A stretch of 64,000 nt of DNA from Gammaproteobacteria bacterium (GCA_045106455.1 JBGCEL010000010.1:116878-180877), one strand, 5' to 3'; numbered from the stretch's first letter, positions 19,832 through 29,806 are shown. The notes: generated by a model from the sequence alone, not told the origin. Numbers and translations: made by a program.

Positions 19832-21337
19832 TTAGCGGCGCCCTTTCTTACGCGCTGCTTTTTTCGCGACTTTTTTCTTGGCCGCCTTTTTGCTCGTCAC
19901 TTTCTTTTTGGCAACTTTCTTTTTGGCTGCAGGCTTCTTCTTCGCCGCTTTCTTTTTGGCTGCTGGCTTTTTCTTAGCCGCTTTTTTCGCCACTTTCTTT
20001 TTGGCGACTTTCTTTTTCGCCACTTTCTTCTTCGCGGCCTTCTTCACCACTTTTTTCTTAGCTGCCTTCTTTTTCGCAACTTTCTTCTTGGCGACTTTTT
20101 TCTTGGCCACTTTCCGAGCAACCTTCTTTTTCGCTACTTTTTTCTTAGCGACCTTTTTCGCTACCTTTTTCTTTGCCACTTTTTTCTTGGCGACTTTCCG
20201 AGCGACTTTTTTCTTGGCCACTTTTTTCTTCGCGACCTTCCGCGTCTTCTTAGCCACTTTCTTCTTCGCGACTTTCTTCGCGGTCTTCTTCACTACTTTC
20301 TTCTTGGCTGCGCTTTTCTTGGTGACTTTTTTCTTGGTGACTTTTTTCTTGGCCACTGTTTTCTTCGCGACTTTCTTCTTGCTCACCTTTTTCTTCGCTG
20401 CCACTTTCTTCGCAGACGCTTTCTTGGCGGCCGGCTTCTCAACGGCTTTCTTCACCGCTGCTTTCTTCACCGCTGCTTTCTTCTTCACTGCCGCCTTCTT
20501 AACCACTTTTTTCTTGGCGACCTTCTTCTTCGCCACTTTCTTCTTAGCAACCTTTTTCTTGGTTGCCTTGCCACCGGCTTTCTTCGACTTCTTCACCGCC
20601 ATCTTGATCGCATCACGACGCTCGGAACGATCCATCGTCGGCACGTCAGCAGCAGGCGCAGGCTTGGCCACACCTTTGCCGCGACGACGCGCGTATATTT
20701 TGATTTCCGCCACGAGTTTTTTGAAAATCGCGGGAATCTTGCCCACGGCATCAAGACGCGCCAGCTTGTCCTGAAGATCAAAGTAGGTGGTCAGAGGCTT
20801 GGTTTGTGTTTCATACACACGAAGACGGTTGCCAATGGTCTCTTCGTTATCGTCGGCACGATGGTGCAACTGGTGACCACAATGATCGCAGCGGCCTTCA
20901 ATTTGCGGCGGCGAGGAGTAGATGTTGTAGACGCGCGTGCATTTGGTACAAGTGCGGCGACCGGCCAAGCGTTGCACCAATTGGTCTTGATCCACTTCCA
21001 TCAACACCGCCACATCGAGCGGCCAGTCGTTGTCGTCCAGCATGGTGTCGAGGGCCTGAGCCTGCGACAGATTGCGTGGGAAGCCGTCCAGTACGAAGCC
21101 TTTCTTGGCATCCGGCGCCGTCAGGCGCTCGCGGATGATGGCCAACACCACTTCATCAGACACCAGATGACCGGCATCCATGGCCTGACGCGCCCGCAGA
21201 CCGAGCTCGGAGCCCGACGCCAGGGCAGCGCGCAGCAAATCCCCAGTGGAGATCTGCGGAATTTTAAATTTGTCGACGAGAAGTTTGGCTTGTGTGCCCT
21301 TGCCCGAACCCGGCGCTCCAAGTAATACAATTCTCAT
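19832..21337 (-). CDS. adk: Adenylate kinase fused to a ~255-aa Lys/Ala/Val-rich (histone H1/AlgP-like) C-terminal tail
   Basis: ATG 21337 gives [20 protein letters not shown] (P-loop), a four-Cys lid CTKC...CDHC, and an Adk core ending near ...[13 protein letters not shown]. The same frame then runs uninterrupted through [12 protein letters not shown]... to the stop at 19832. Confidence 0.85.
   Translation of the reverse strand: MRIVLLGAPGSGKGTQAKLLVDKFKIPQISTGDLLRAALASGSELGLRARQAMDAGHLVSDEVVLAIIRERLTAPDAKKGFVLDGFPRNLSQAQALDTMLDDNDWPLDVAVLMEVDQDQLVQRLAGRRTCTKCTRVYNIYSSPPQIEGRCDHCGHQLHHRADDNEETIGNRLRVYETQTKPLTTYFDLQDKLARLDAVGKIPAIFKKLVAEIKIYARRRGKGVAKPAPAADVPTMDRSERRDAIKMAVKKSKKAGGKATKKKVAKKKVAKKKVAKKKVVKKAAVKKKAAVKKAAVKKAVEKPAAKKASAKKVAAKKKVSKKKVAKKTVAKKKVTKKKVTKKSAAKKKVVKKTAKKVAKKKVAKKTRKVAKKKVAKKKVARKVAKKKVAKKKVAKKVAKKKVAKKKVARKVAKKKVAKKKVAKKKAAKKKVVKKAAKKKVAKKKVAKKKVAKKAAKKKPAAKKKAAKKKPAAKKKVAKKKVTSKKAAKKKVAKKAARKKGRR
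19850..20600. repeat. Imperfect tandem coding repeat (15-nt KKKVA units, with an 84-nt higher-order duplication)
   Basis: The plus strand reads as reiterated CTTCTT/TTTCTTGGC(G/C)AC units. The landmark TTTCCGAGC occurs at 20111 and 20195, an 84-nt (28-aa) spacing. Confidence 0.85.
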
Positions 21338-21537
21338 AATCTTGCTTTCCCGACGGCTGCTTAGAGGGCGCCCCACCGGAAATTCCCGGGTGGCGCGAAA
21401 AAAAGATCGCTAAAGCTACCGGTTGGCCTGCACCACGTCAATAATATGTGAGCATTGGTGTAAATTCGGTATCCTCACGTCGCGCGCCGATCAGATATCC
21501 AGCGCGCGATCAGTGAACACAAATTAAAGGAATCAGC

Positions 21538-22800
21538 ATGCCCAGAAAAAACGCTTTCTACGCTCAATCCGGAGGTGTGACCGCCGTCATCAACGCATCG
21601 GCGTGCGGCGTGCTGGAAACGGCGCGGGCAAACAAGGACGTCATCGGCAAGGTTTACGCCGGTCGTGACGGCATCATTGGCGCCTTGACCGAAGACCTCA
21701 TCGACACCAGCAAAGAGACAGCGCGCTCTATTGCGGCACTGCGGCATACGCCCGGTGGCGCATTCGGTTCATGCCGCTACAAGCTCAAGGGTCTAAAAGA
21801 GTCGCGCGCCCAATACGAGCGACTGATCGAAGTCTTCAAAGCCCACAACATCGGCTATTTCTTTTACAACGGCGGCGGCGACTCCATGGACACGGCGCAC
21901 AAAGTGTCGCAAATCGGTAAAGAGCTCGATTACCCCATCACCTGCGTGGGTGTGCCAAAGACCGTGGATAACGACCTGCCAGTCACCGACGTCTGCCCGG
22001 GCTTTGGCTCAGTGGCCAAGTACGTGGCGGTATCGACCATGGAGGCGGCACTCGATGTCGTATCGATGTCCCGTACGTCCACCAAGGTGTTCATTCTCGA
22101 GGTGATGGGACGTCACGCGGGCTGGATCGCCGCATCGGCCGGACTAGCTGGCAACGAAGCACACGAACCGCCACATATCATTTTATTCCCCGAGGTGACG
22201 TTTGATCAGCGCGCTTTTCTTGCGAAGGTGAAGCACTCCGTGAAAACCCACGAGTATTGCGTGATCGTGGTCTCTGAGGGCGCCAAGCGCAAAGACGGCA
22301 CGTTTTTGGCCGAGTCCGGCCTTAAGGACTCGTTTGGTCATGCGCAGCTTGGCGGCGCGGCAAGCGTCGTGGCGCAAATGGTCAAAGACAAACTCGGCTA
22401 CAAGTGTCACTACGCCATCGCCGACTACCTGCAGCGCTCGGCCCGCCACATTGCCTCGAAGGTGGACGTGGATCAGGCCTATGCGATGGGCAAGGCGGCG
22501 GTTGAGCTGGCCGTGCGTGGCAACAACGCGGTCATGCCGGTGATTGTGCGCCGTTCGGACAAGCCGTATCGCTGGGGCGTGGGCGTCGTAAAACTCCGTC
22601 AGGTTGCAAACAAAGAGAAAATGCTGCCAAAGAGCTATATCAGCCGCGACGGCTTTGGCATTACGGCCGCGTGTCGGCGCTATCTGGAGCCGCTGATCCG
22701 TGGCGAAGATTACCCGGCGTATCGGGCCGGTCTGCCGCGCTACGTGAAGCTCAAGAACGTGGCGGTGCCCAAGAAGCTTACGTCGACGTTTAAGATCTAG
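21538..22800 (+). CDS. pfp: 6-phosphofructokinase, probably pyrophosphate-dependent
   Basis: 420 aa, PfkA family. GGGDS is present (Asp at the position equivalent to E. coli Gly104), and so is PKTVDND (Lys at the position equivalent to Gly124). These two residues distinguish PPi- from ATP-dependent enzymes. Confidence 0.88.
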   Translation: MPRKNAFYAQSGGVTAVINASACGVLETARANKDVIGKVYAGRDGIIGALTEDLIDTSKETARSIAALRHTPGGAFGSCRYKLKGLKESRAQYERLIEVFKAHNIGYFFYNGGGDSMDTAHKVSQIGKELDYPITCVGVPKTVDNDLPVTDVCPGFGSVAKYVAVSTMEAALDVVSMSRTSTKVFILEVMGRHAGWIAASAGLAGNEAHEPPHIILFPEVTFDQRAFLAKVKHSVKTHEYCVIVVSEGAKRKDGTFLAESGLKDSFGHAQLGGAASVVAQMVKDKLGYKCHYAIADYLQRSARHIASKVDVDQAYAMGKAAVELAVRGNNAVMPVIVRRSDKPYRWGVGVVKLRQVANKEKMLPKSYISRDGFGITAACRRYLEPLIRGEDYPAYRAGLPRYVKLKNVAVPKKLTSTFKI

Positions 22801-22867
22801 GTCTTGCGCTGTTAATTCCTCGCGGCGCCCGGTCTGGGCGTCGCGTGGGTTCCCGAGGGCAGCCGCC

Positions 22868-22928
22868 GGGGACTTCGTTTTGGCAATGGCTCCCTGCGGT
22901 CCGCTTGATGTGCCAAAACAAAGTCCCC
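22868..22928. repeat. Long imperfect palindrome in the pfp / PEP-CTERM convergent spacer
   Basis: GGGGACTTCGTTTTGGCA (22868-22885) and TGCCAAAACAAAGTCCCC (22911-22928) are 17/18 complementary around a 25-nt loop. Confidence 0.6.
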
Positions 22929-22984
22929 GCCGTAGCCACGCAAGTGCGTGGAAACGACCTCCACGCGGGTTAGATATCGAGCGG

Positions 22985-23614
22985 TTACCGTCTTCTGCGA
23001 CGGACCACACGCATCAACAGTGTGCCCGCCATGACCAGAAGCAAGACGGGCGGCTCAGGCACAGCCACCGTCGTTCCCAGCGTCACATTATCGATGTGCA
23101 CGAAATCCAGCGCACTAAACTCGAACCCGGTGAAGAATTCATTGCCGGTTAGAACAAAGCCCTGAAACAGCTGGGCATCCTGGACTTCCGGCAGCGTGAA
23201 ATCGAACAGATAAGCGGACACGTTGGTGAAAATCGTCAGGGTCACATCGGCCAGGACGTTGCCTTGGTTATTGATCGCCATATCGAGTGCAAACATGGTG
23301 AAATTACCAGCAAGGTCCGCGGTCAATGAGGTGCCAATCTCTTCGTACGACATTGTATTGCTGAGCGGATTGATAAACGTGTCAGCGCCCACAATCAAGT
23401 TTTCGCCCGGCGAGGTGTAGGTGACGCTGCCATCAACAAACGGATCGCCCGGGGAGGTGAAAATTCCCGGAGCGAAAGACTCAAAGTCTTGAAATTCGGC
23501 GATAGTGCCCTGGTTTTCAAAGTCGTTCCGGTCGTCAAAGGTGATCGGCCCCGCCGATGCACCCAACGTCATCTGCGCCAGCATCAGGCCGAGCGCCAGT
23601 GTCCTTGTGTTCAT
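22985..23614 (-). CDS. PEP-CTERM sorting-domain secreted protein
   Basis: 209 aa with a signal peptide (MNTRTLALGLMLAQMTLGASA). The C-terminus VPEPPVLLLVMAGTLLMRVVRRRRR is the PEP motif plus a TM helix plus an Arg cluster. GC is visibly lower than in the neighbouring genes. Confidence 0.8.
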   Translation of the reverse strand: MNTRTLALGLMLAQMTLGASAGPITFDDRNDFENQGTIAEFQDFESFAPGIFTSPGDPFVDGSVTYTSPGENLIVGADTFINPLSNTMSYEEIGTSLTADLAGNFTMFALDMAINNQGNVLADVTLTIFTNVSAYLFDFTLPEVQDAQLFQGFVLTGNEFFTGFEFSALDFVHIDNVTLGTTVAVPEPPVLLLVMAGTLLMRVVRRRRR

Positions 23615-23779
23615 TTTGTGTGCCCCATTGTGTAGTTAGTATGTCGTCGGCGCAGCGTTTGCGAATGTAGCCAGCCAACCGTGATCACTATGGCCACCGG
23701 CCGTTGAAATCACCGTTGGAGGCAGCGTTGAAAGCACCTCCCGGCGACGGATTTGGGCACAGGATGGTCCGCCGAGATC

Positions 23780-23816
23780 AAAAAAAAGGCCGAGCACCTG
23801 AGTGCCCGGCCTTTTT
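23780..23816 (-). terminator. Intrinsic terminator of hppA
   Basis: A8-GGCCGAGCAC-ctga-GTGCCCGGCC-T5. On the reverse strand the 10-bp stem (1 mismatch) is followed by T8, about 35 nt after the hppA stop. Confidence 0.8.
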
Positions 23817-23852
23817 GCTTTCGTCGACGCCCGCGGCGCCGCGCTGCTGCAA

Positions 23853-25871
23853 TTAGTGCAGCAGCGGTGCGATCACGAGCGACACGATGGCCATCACGTT
23901 GATCAGAATGTTCATCGCAGGGCCAGAGGTGTCCTTGAACGGATCGCCCACGGTGTCGCCCACGACGGCCGCTTTGTGGGTGTCCGAACCCTTGCCGCCG
24001 TGATGCCCTTTTTCGATGTACTTCTTCGCGTTATCCCAGGCGCCACCGGCGTTGGCCATAAACAGCGCCAGACTCACGCAGCCGAGCAGCGCGCCGCCGA
24101 GCATGCCGCCCAGCGCCTGCGCACCCAGACCCAAACCAACTACCACAGGGGCCGCCACAGCCAGAACGCCCGGCAGGATCATGCGCTTGAGCGCCGCGGT
24201 CGTTGCGATGTCCACGCAGCGTACGGTGTCGGGCTTGGCTTTGCCTTCCAGCAGACCGGGGATTTCGCGGAACTGGCGGCGGATTTCCGTGATCATGTCG
24301 AAGGCGGCGTCGCCTACGGCCGTCATGGTCAACGCGCCCACCAGGAACGGGAAGATGCCGCCCAGGAACATGCCAATCAGCACAATCGGCTCACTGAGCA
24401 CAATCGAGAAGTCCGGATTCTGCAGGCGTACCGTCTCGATAAAGGCCGTGATGATGGCCAGCGCCGCCAGTGCCGCAGCACCAATGGCGAAGCCTTTACC
24501 AATGGCAGCCGTGGTGTTGCCCACTTCATCCAGCGAATCGGTGATTTCACGCACTTCTTTGCCCATGGCCGACATCTCGGCAATCCCGCCGGCGTTATCC
24601 GCCACCGGACCGTACGCGTCGATGGCCATGGTGATACCCACGGTGGCCAGCATGCCCACGGCCGCGATACCCACGCCGTACAGGCCGGCTGTGAGGTTGG
24701 CGACGTAGATGATGACGCAGATCGTCAGCATCGGAATGACGATGGAGTGCATACCTACGGCAAGGCCGGTGATCATGACCGTCGCCGGACCCGTTTCGCC
24801 CGAGGCCGCAATTTTGCGCACCGGCGTGGAGCCGGTGTAGTACTCAGTGACCAGACCAATGATCGTGCCGCCGACCGCGCCGGTCAGCACGGCGATCCAC
24901 ACTCCGTTGGCGATGCCCGTGGCGCTGCCCACAAAGTAGGCGGCAATCACAAACAGCACCGCCGCGCCCAGCGTACCGGTACGCAGCGCTACTTCCGGCG
25001 CACGGCCAGAAGCCATTTTGACCATCGCGATACCAAGCACCGAGCAAATCAGGCCGGTCGCGGCCAGCAGCAACGGCAGACCCATCAGCGCCGAGCGCGT
25101 GCCGGTTTCGGTGAGCATCGCCGCCAGAGGCTCGGCAGCAAGCGTGGAGGCAATGGCGATACTCGCGATCATCGAGCCGCAGTACGATTCAAAAATATCT
25201 GAGCCCATACCGGCGACGTCGCCCACGTTGTCGCCCACATTATCGGCGATGACGCCGGGGTTACGTGGATCGTCTTCCGGGATACCGGCTTCGATTTTAC
25301 CCACGAGGTCGGCGCCCACGTCCGCACTCTTGGTGAAGATGCCGCCACCGACGCGCGAGAACAGTGCCACCACTGAGCCACCCATGCCGAAGCCGTGCAG
25401 CACGTGTGCCGTTTCCGGATCACCACCAAAGAAAAGATACAGCGTGCCCAGACCCAAAAGGCCCATGGCCGCCACGGTCAGACCCATAATCGAGCCACCG
25501 TAAAAGGCCAGCGACAGCGCCTTCGCCGCGCCCGAGTCGCGTGCCGCGACAGCCGTGCGCACGTTGGCGCGCGTGGCGGTGTACATACCAATGCCGCCCG
25601 CAATCGACGAGCACAGCGCACCGGCCACAAAGGCGATGGCGGTTTTGCTGCCAAGCGGTGAGAAGAAGATGATGATGGCCACGACAATCGCGAAGCCCCA
25701 CAGCAGCGTGTATTCACGACGAATAAACGCCATTGCGCCGCGATGGATGTCCTCGGCAATCGCGGCGACTTCGCCTTCACCCGCCGGTGCGGCGCGCACG
25801 ATGCCATAGAGCACAAAAGCCAGCACAAGGCCGATAGCCCCGACGATGACCGGTATCAGTTCAATATTCAT
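23853..25871 (-). CDS. hppA: Membrane-bound ion-pumping pyrophosphatase
   Basis: 672 aa, polytopic, with [16 protein letters not shown]. The motif [10 protein letters not shown] carries Ala rather than Lys, which is the signature of the K+-dependent subfamily. H+ versus Na+ specificity cannot be read from the sequence. Confidence 0.95.
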   Translation of the reverse strand: MNIELIPVIVGAIGLVLAFVLYGIVRAAPAGEGEVAAIAEDIHRGAMAFIRREYTLLWGFAIVVAIIIFFSPLGSKTAIAFVAGALCSSIAGGIGMYTATRANVRTAVAARDSGAAKALSLAFYGGSIMGLTVAAMGLLGLGTLYLFFGGDPETAHVLHGFGMGGSVVALFSRVGGGIFTKSADVGADLVGKIEAGIPEDDPRNPGVIADNVGDNVGDVAGMGSDIFESYCGSMIASIAIASTLAAEPLAAMLTETGTRSALMGLPLLLAATGLICSVLGIAMVKMASGRAPEVALRTGTLGAAVLFVIAAYFVGSATGIANGVWIAVLTGAVGGTIIGLVTEYYTGSTPVRKIAASGETGPATVMITGLAVGMHSIVIPMLTICVIIYVANLTAGLYGVGIAAVGMLATVGITMAIDAYGPVADNAGGIAEMSAMGKEVREITDSLDEVGNTTAAIGKGFAIGAAALAALAIITAFIETVRLQNPDFSIVLSEPIVLIGMFLGGIFPFLVGALTMTAVGDAAFDMITEIRRQFREIPGLLEGKAKPDTVRCVDIATTAALKRMILPGVLAVAAPVVVGLGLGAQALGGMLGGALLGCVSLALFMANAGGAWDNAKKYIEKGHHGGKGSDTHKAAVVGDTVGDPFKDTSGPAMNILINVMAIVSLVIAPLLH

Positions 25872-26061
25872 TCAGTTTGTCTCCAACGACCGTGCGATCC
25901 TGTGACCACGGAGTGCTGCCTCCCCCCTGTAAATCGGTGACAGCGACGCAAGTCGGCGTTATTTCATGATTTTCTTGGCGAGCGCAAAGCTTAAGAAGCT
26001 GGCCCGTTGTGGCGCGCATTCTACGCGAATGTGGCCCAATGAGAAGAGGAGGTGCCGGGGC

Positions 26062-28305
26062 TCAAGCGCCGATGGGCGTAGGCTCACCGATTACGTGCCC
26101 CTGAACAAAGTCGATTCCCATGCTGCGCACGGCGTCCAGCGAGCTTTGACTCTCTACCTGCTCGGCGACCACGCGCACATCCAGACTGCGCGCCAGTTTG
26201 ACCATGGCCCCGACCATGGCCTGACTGACGCTGTCGTCGCCAAGATTGCGGGTGTAGGAGCCGTCGATCTTTATGTAGTCCATGCGCAGCTTGCGCAGAT
26301 TCGCGAACGACCCCATGCCGCTGCCGAAATCGTCGAGCGCAAAATGGCAGTTCAGGCCGTGCAGCACGTCGATAAACCGCTGGGCGTAGGCCAGATTCGA
26401 AATTACCGAGGTTTCGGTGACCTCGAAACACAGTTGATCGCCGGTGACGCCGCTGGCATCCAGACACTCAACCACGAACTCGAGGAAGCTCGGATCGCCC
26501 ATAGTCTGCCCGGACAAATTTAGCGTGCAGCGACGCCCCGGAGGCAGACGCAGTACGCCCGAATCGATGGCAGCCAGCGCATGGCGCACCACCCAGCGAT
26601 CGATGCGTGGCATCAAATGATAGCGTCGGGCCGAATCACCAAAGGCCAGAGGACTGACTTCGGCACCGTGCCGGTCGTTCAGCCGCAGCAGCAATTCAAC
26701 GGCCGGTCCGCCACGATCGCTGCGTCCTGCGGCCACAATAGGCTGGGCGACCAGGCGGAACGTATCGTCTTTGAGCGCACCCTGCAGCTGCTGCAACCAG
26801 GCAATCTCGCCGCGATGTCGGGCCAGCGCTTCATCTTTCGCGGAATACACGTGCACGCGTGCGCGACCGCGCTGTTTGGCGACGTAGCAGGCCGAATCGG
26901 CCGCCGACAAAATGTCCTCCATCGAACCACTTTGGGTGCCAAATTCCACCAGCCCGATGCTAACGCTGACGCTAAATATTTTGTCCTGCCAGATGAAACG
27001 ATGATCCTCTACTGCATTGCAGACATCGTCAGCAATCTGGCGCGCCTTTTCCAGCGGGCACGCGCTCAGCAAGATGCCGAACTCATCGCCGCCCAGACGG
27101 GCCACCGAATCCGAATCGCGTACCTTGTCACGGATCAGACCGGCGATCTGGCGCAACAGATTGTCGCCAGCCATGTGGCCGCAGGTGTCATTCACGGTCT
27201 TGAAACGATCCAGATCCAGATAACACAGCACGTGGTCGCCAGCCTCGCCAGCGTTCGCCAGCGCATCGTCGAGACGCTGCTCAAACTCGCGACGATTCAA
27301 CAATCCCGTCAGCGCATCGTGGCTTGCCTCGTAGCTCATCTGACGCGTCATACCGCGCAGCTCAGTGACATCACGCGCCAGAATCACGGCACCGCGCAGT
27401 GTACCGTTGGGGCCGAGCATGGGGGTTACCGTGAGATCAATCGAGTGCTCCGTGCCATCCTCGGTGAGCATCAGGGCCGAGCGACTCAGCTGCACACGAC
27501 AGCGCTCACGCAAGCAACGCTCCACCGGATCGGGTAGAGGCTTGTAGTCGGTTTCGTCGACAAAGCGCACCAGCTCGGTCAGACGTCCGGTCACGTCCTG
27601 CTCCGCGTCGTAGCCGAGCAAAGTACGCGCCGCTGGATTCATGTAGGTCACGGCACCGGCGGCATCGGTATTAATCACACCGTCGGTCAAACTGCCCAGC
27701 GTCATCACGGCGCGATCGATGGGACCAGATTGCGGATCGGCATCGGCGACTTCGCGCACCGGTGCCAGCGTGGTCATGATCGCAGGCAACCCGGCGCGTT
27801 CGACGAGGACATCCGTGCATTCCACGTCAACATGACCGCCGTCCCGACTCAACATCCGTATGATGTAAGGGATCGCCGTGCCGTCACCGCATAGCTGACG
27901 CTCAAACCGATCAGCGGCGGCGCCGCGATCATCGGGTGCAAACAAAGAGACGACCGATTTGCCGACCAAATCTTCCTGACGCATCCCGCGCAGAGCAGCC
28001 GCTCTGGGGTTGGCATAAAACACGTGATCGTGATGCACGATAACGCCGGATGCCACGCTCTGAAGCGCCATGTCCTCCTCGGCGACAATCAGGCGTTCCT
28101 CGGCACGGGCATTATGCGCGGGACCGTCTTCATCGCGCGCCATTTTCATCAGTCCGGGCTCACCGACGGCCGGGAGCGGTCGGACTACGGCAAGATCACG
28201 ACTGGGAATTCGATACAAAGATCGCCGTCGACGCAGCAGCAACAGCAGTGCAACGCCGACCACCGTCAGCGAAAACATCAAAACGAATAACGCAAACTCA
28301 GCCAT
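26062..28305 (-). CDS. Membrane-anchored PAS / GGDEF / EAL signalling protein
   Basis: 747 aa with an N-terminal TM helix, PAS-like repeats, RLGGDEFGILL (GGDEF), and FEVTETSVI with DDFGSGMGSF (EAL domain). Confidence 0.9.
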   Translation of the reverse strand: MAEFALFVLMFSLTVVGVALLLLLRRRRSLYRIPSRDLAVVRPLPAVGEPGLMKMARDEDGPAHNARAEERLIVAEEDMALQSVASGVIVHHDHVFYANPRAAALRGMRQEDLVGKSVVSLFAPDDRGAAADRFERQLCGDGTAIPYIIRMLSRDGGHVDVECTDVLVERAGLPAIMTTLAPVREVADADPQSGPIDRAVMTLGSLTDGVINTDAAGAVTYMNPAARTLLGYDAEQDVTGRLTELVRFVDETDYKPLPDPVERCLRERCRVQLSRSALMLTEDGTEHSIDLTVTPMLGPNGTLRGAVILARDVTELRGMTRQMSYEASHDALTGLLNRREFEQRLDDALANAGEAGDHVLCYLDLDRFKTVNDTCGHMAGDNLLRQIAGLIRDKVRDSDSVARLGGDEFGILLSACPLEKARQIADDVCNAVEDHRFIWQDKIFSVSVSIGLVEFGTQSGSMEDILSAADSACYVAKQRGRARVHVYSAKDEALARHRGEIAWLQQLQGALKDDTFRLVAQPIVAAGRSDRGGPAVELLLRLNDRHGAEVSPLAFGDSARRYHLMPRIDRWVVRHALAAIDSGVLRLPPGRRCTLNLSGQTMGDPSFLEFVVECLDASGVTGDQLCFEVTETSVISNLAYAQRFIDVLHGLNCHFALDDFGSGMGSFANLRKLRMDYIKIDGSYTRNLGDDSVSQAMVGAMVKLARSLDVRVVAEQVESQSSLDAVRSMGIDFVQGHVIGEPTPIGA

Positions 28306-28636
28306 CGATCAGGCCTTTGCGTCGTCCCCGGCTCGGTGCTTTTTCAGTTCAGCGGCCGTAATCCTGACGGCGGCCGCGGCCACACGCACGTGCTCAGTCT
28401 TCACGTTCATCAATATCCCCAGATGGAAGGCTGTCCCGCATGACATCACACCCCTTGTGGTGTCCGCGGACGGGCACGCTACGTTGGCGCGCCCCTATTA
28501 TTGCGACCAGCATAAACCATGGGCGCTGCCGGATGCAGTTTTCAGATGTTAAAAAGCAAGACAGCACAACCCAGTACCTTGTTTCCACGCGTTAAAGTGG
28601 CTAATCTTCGCGCACGATAAAACTAGGGTTTTTGGC

Positions 28637-29287
28637 ATGAATACGGACGCTGCACGCGTACAGATGGTCAGTCAGCAAGTACGAACTTGGGACGTTTTGG
28701 ACCCCCGCGTGCTTGAGACCATGAATATGGTCGATCGCAGCGCGTTTGTCCCTACGCGCTACGCCAACGTGGCCTTCGCGGACAGTCGCATCCCTCTGGC
28801 GCACGATCAGGTGATGCTCGCACCGAAAGTCGTTGGCCGCATTTTGCAGGCCTTAACGCTCAAATCAGGCGACCAGGTGCTGGAAATTGGCACGGGCAGC
28901 GGCTATCTGACCGCGTGTCTGGCGTCGTTAGCACGCAGCGTCGTGTCGATCGATATCCACGCAGACCTAACAGAACAAGCAGCCACGAATCTGAGCGAGG
29001 CCGGCTACGCCAACGTCGAACTGCGCACACAGGATGCTTTTGAATTTTCTTCTTCAGATCAATACGATGCGATCGTGCTTACCGGCTCACTGCCGGTTTA
29101 TGACACCCGCTTCGAACGTCTGTTGAAGGTCGGTGGCCGCCTGTACGCCGCCGTCGGGCGCTCGCCGGTTATGGATGCGCGCATCGTGACCCGCGCCGCG
29201 GAAGAAGAGTGGCTGACCAGCAGCGAATTCGAAACGGACGTTCCGGCGCTGTTGAACGCGGCGAATCCTGTCGAGTTTTCATTTTGA
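28637..29287 (+). CDS. Protein-L-isoaspartate O-methyltransferase-like SAM methyltransferase
   Basis: 216 aa with SAM motif I VLEIGTGSGYLTACLA. This is the Pcm-like paralogue commonly found upstream of tolC. Confidence 0.82.
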   Translation: MNTDAARVQMVSQQVRTWDVLDPRVLETMNMVDRSAFVPTRYANVAFADSRIPLAHDQVMLAPKVVGRILQALTLKSGDQVLEIGTGSGYLTACLASLARSVVSIDIHADLTEQAATNLSEAGYANVELRTQDAFEFSSSDQYDAIVLTGSLPVYDTRFERLLKVGGRLYAAVGRSPVMDARIVTRAAEEEWLTSSEFETDVPALLNAANPVEFSF

Positions 29288-29637
29288 CGGACGATATTCC
29301 ACAGTGCTCGGTAGAGCGTCTGGCCGAACGCCGGAAAGCGACGCCTGAGGGCAGCGAACCGGACTTTTTGCTGCTTGACGTCAGAGAAACCTGGGAGCGC
29401 GAGATTGCGTCCATTGACGGCGCACTGACCATCGTCATGAACGATATTCCTGACCAGATCGATGCGATCCGCGAGGCTCAGGGCAACCGGGAGCTCATCG
29501 TGTTTTGCCATACGGGCAAGCGCAGCATGGTCATTGCCAAATTTCTCAAGGGCAATGAATTCCAGAACGTCACCAACCTGACCGGCGGTATCGACGCCTG
29601 GTCCCAACATATTCACGCCTCCCGGCATCTATACTAG
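29284..29637 (+). CDS. Rhodanese-like single-domain sulfurtransferase
   Basis: It has the active-site loop FCHTGKRS and ...NLTGGIDAW.... The start is uncertain: TTG 29284 overlaps the pcm-like stop, whereas the track ORF start (29209) lies deep inside the upstream gene. Confidence 0.72.
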   Translation: MTDDIPQCSVERLAERRKATPEGSEPDFLLLDVRETWEREIASIDGALTIVMNDIPDQIDAIREAQGNRELIVFCHTGKRSMVIAKFLKGNEFQNVTNLTGGIDAWSQHIHASRHLY

Positions 29638-29697
29638 TCGGTTCGCCGCATTTTGATCCCGCGTCGGGAACAAACCGGCGAAAATGAGACCCCATTC

Positions 29698-29770
29698 CAA
29701 GCCAGTGCACCTTTAGATCGTCATTATTGTGCGCATCCGGCCGCTATTATGTCTTGAAGGCACTGGCTTG
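29698..29770. repeat. 11-bp perfect inverted repeat bracketing 51 nt upstream of tolC
   Basis: CAAGCCAGTGC (29698-29708) and GCACTGGCTTG (29760-29770). Confidence 0.6.
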
Positions 29771-29778
29771 AGTCTGGG

Positions 29779-29806
29779 TTGAACTTTACCGTTTTAGTGA
29801 TATAGT
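29779..29806 (+). promoter_or_regulatory. Candidate sigma70 promoter of tolC
   Basis: TTGAAC (29779-29784), a 16-nt spacer, then TATAGT (29801-29806), about 50 nt upstream of the tolC ATG. It overlaps the small hairpin GTTTTAG...CTAAAAC (29791-29816). Confidence 0.35.

Noticed and set aside
19850-20600. A CRISPR array or satellite DNA as an explanation for the repeat region.
   Set aside because: The period is 15 nt with no unique spacers, it lies entirely within an open reading frame, and no cas genes are present. It is a coding low-complexity repeat.
19878-20774. 298-aa plus-strand ORF made of FFLATFFF repeats, which could be read as a bizarre hydrophobic repeat protein.
   Set aside because: It is the antisense reading of the Lys-rich tail. 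The reverse frame is contiguous with a complete adenylate kinase and ends at a proper stop, while the Phe-rich frame has no start context, signal or partner domain.
22880-23152. 90-aa plus-strand ORF spanning the palindrome and entering the PEP-CTERM gene.
   Set aside because: It overlaps the 3' end of the PEP-CTERM CDS in antisense and has no coding-like features.
28394-28588. 64-aa reverse ORF in the 330-nt spacer between the GGDEF-EAL gene and the pcm-like gene.
   Set aside because: There is no ribosome-binding site or recognisable motif. The region is more plausibly the divergent promoter region for both flanking genes. It is not excluded, only unsupported.
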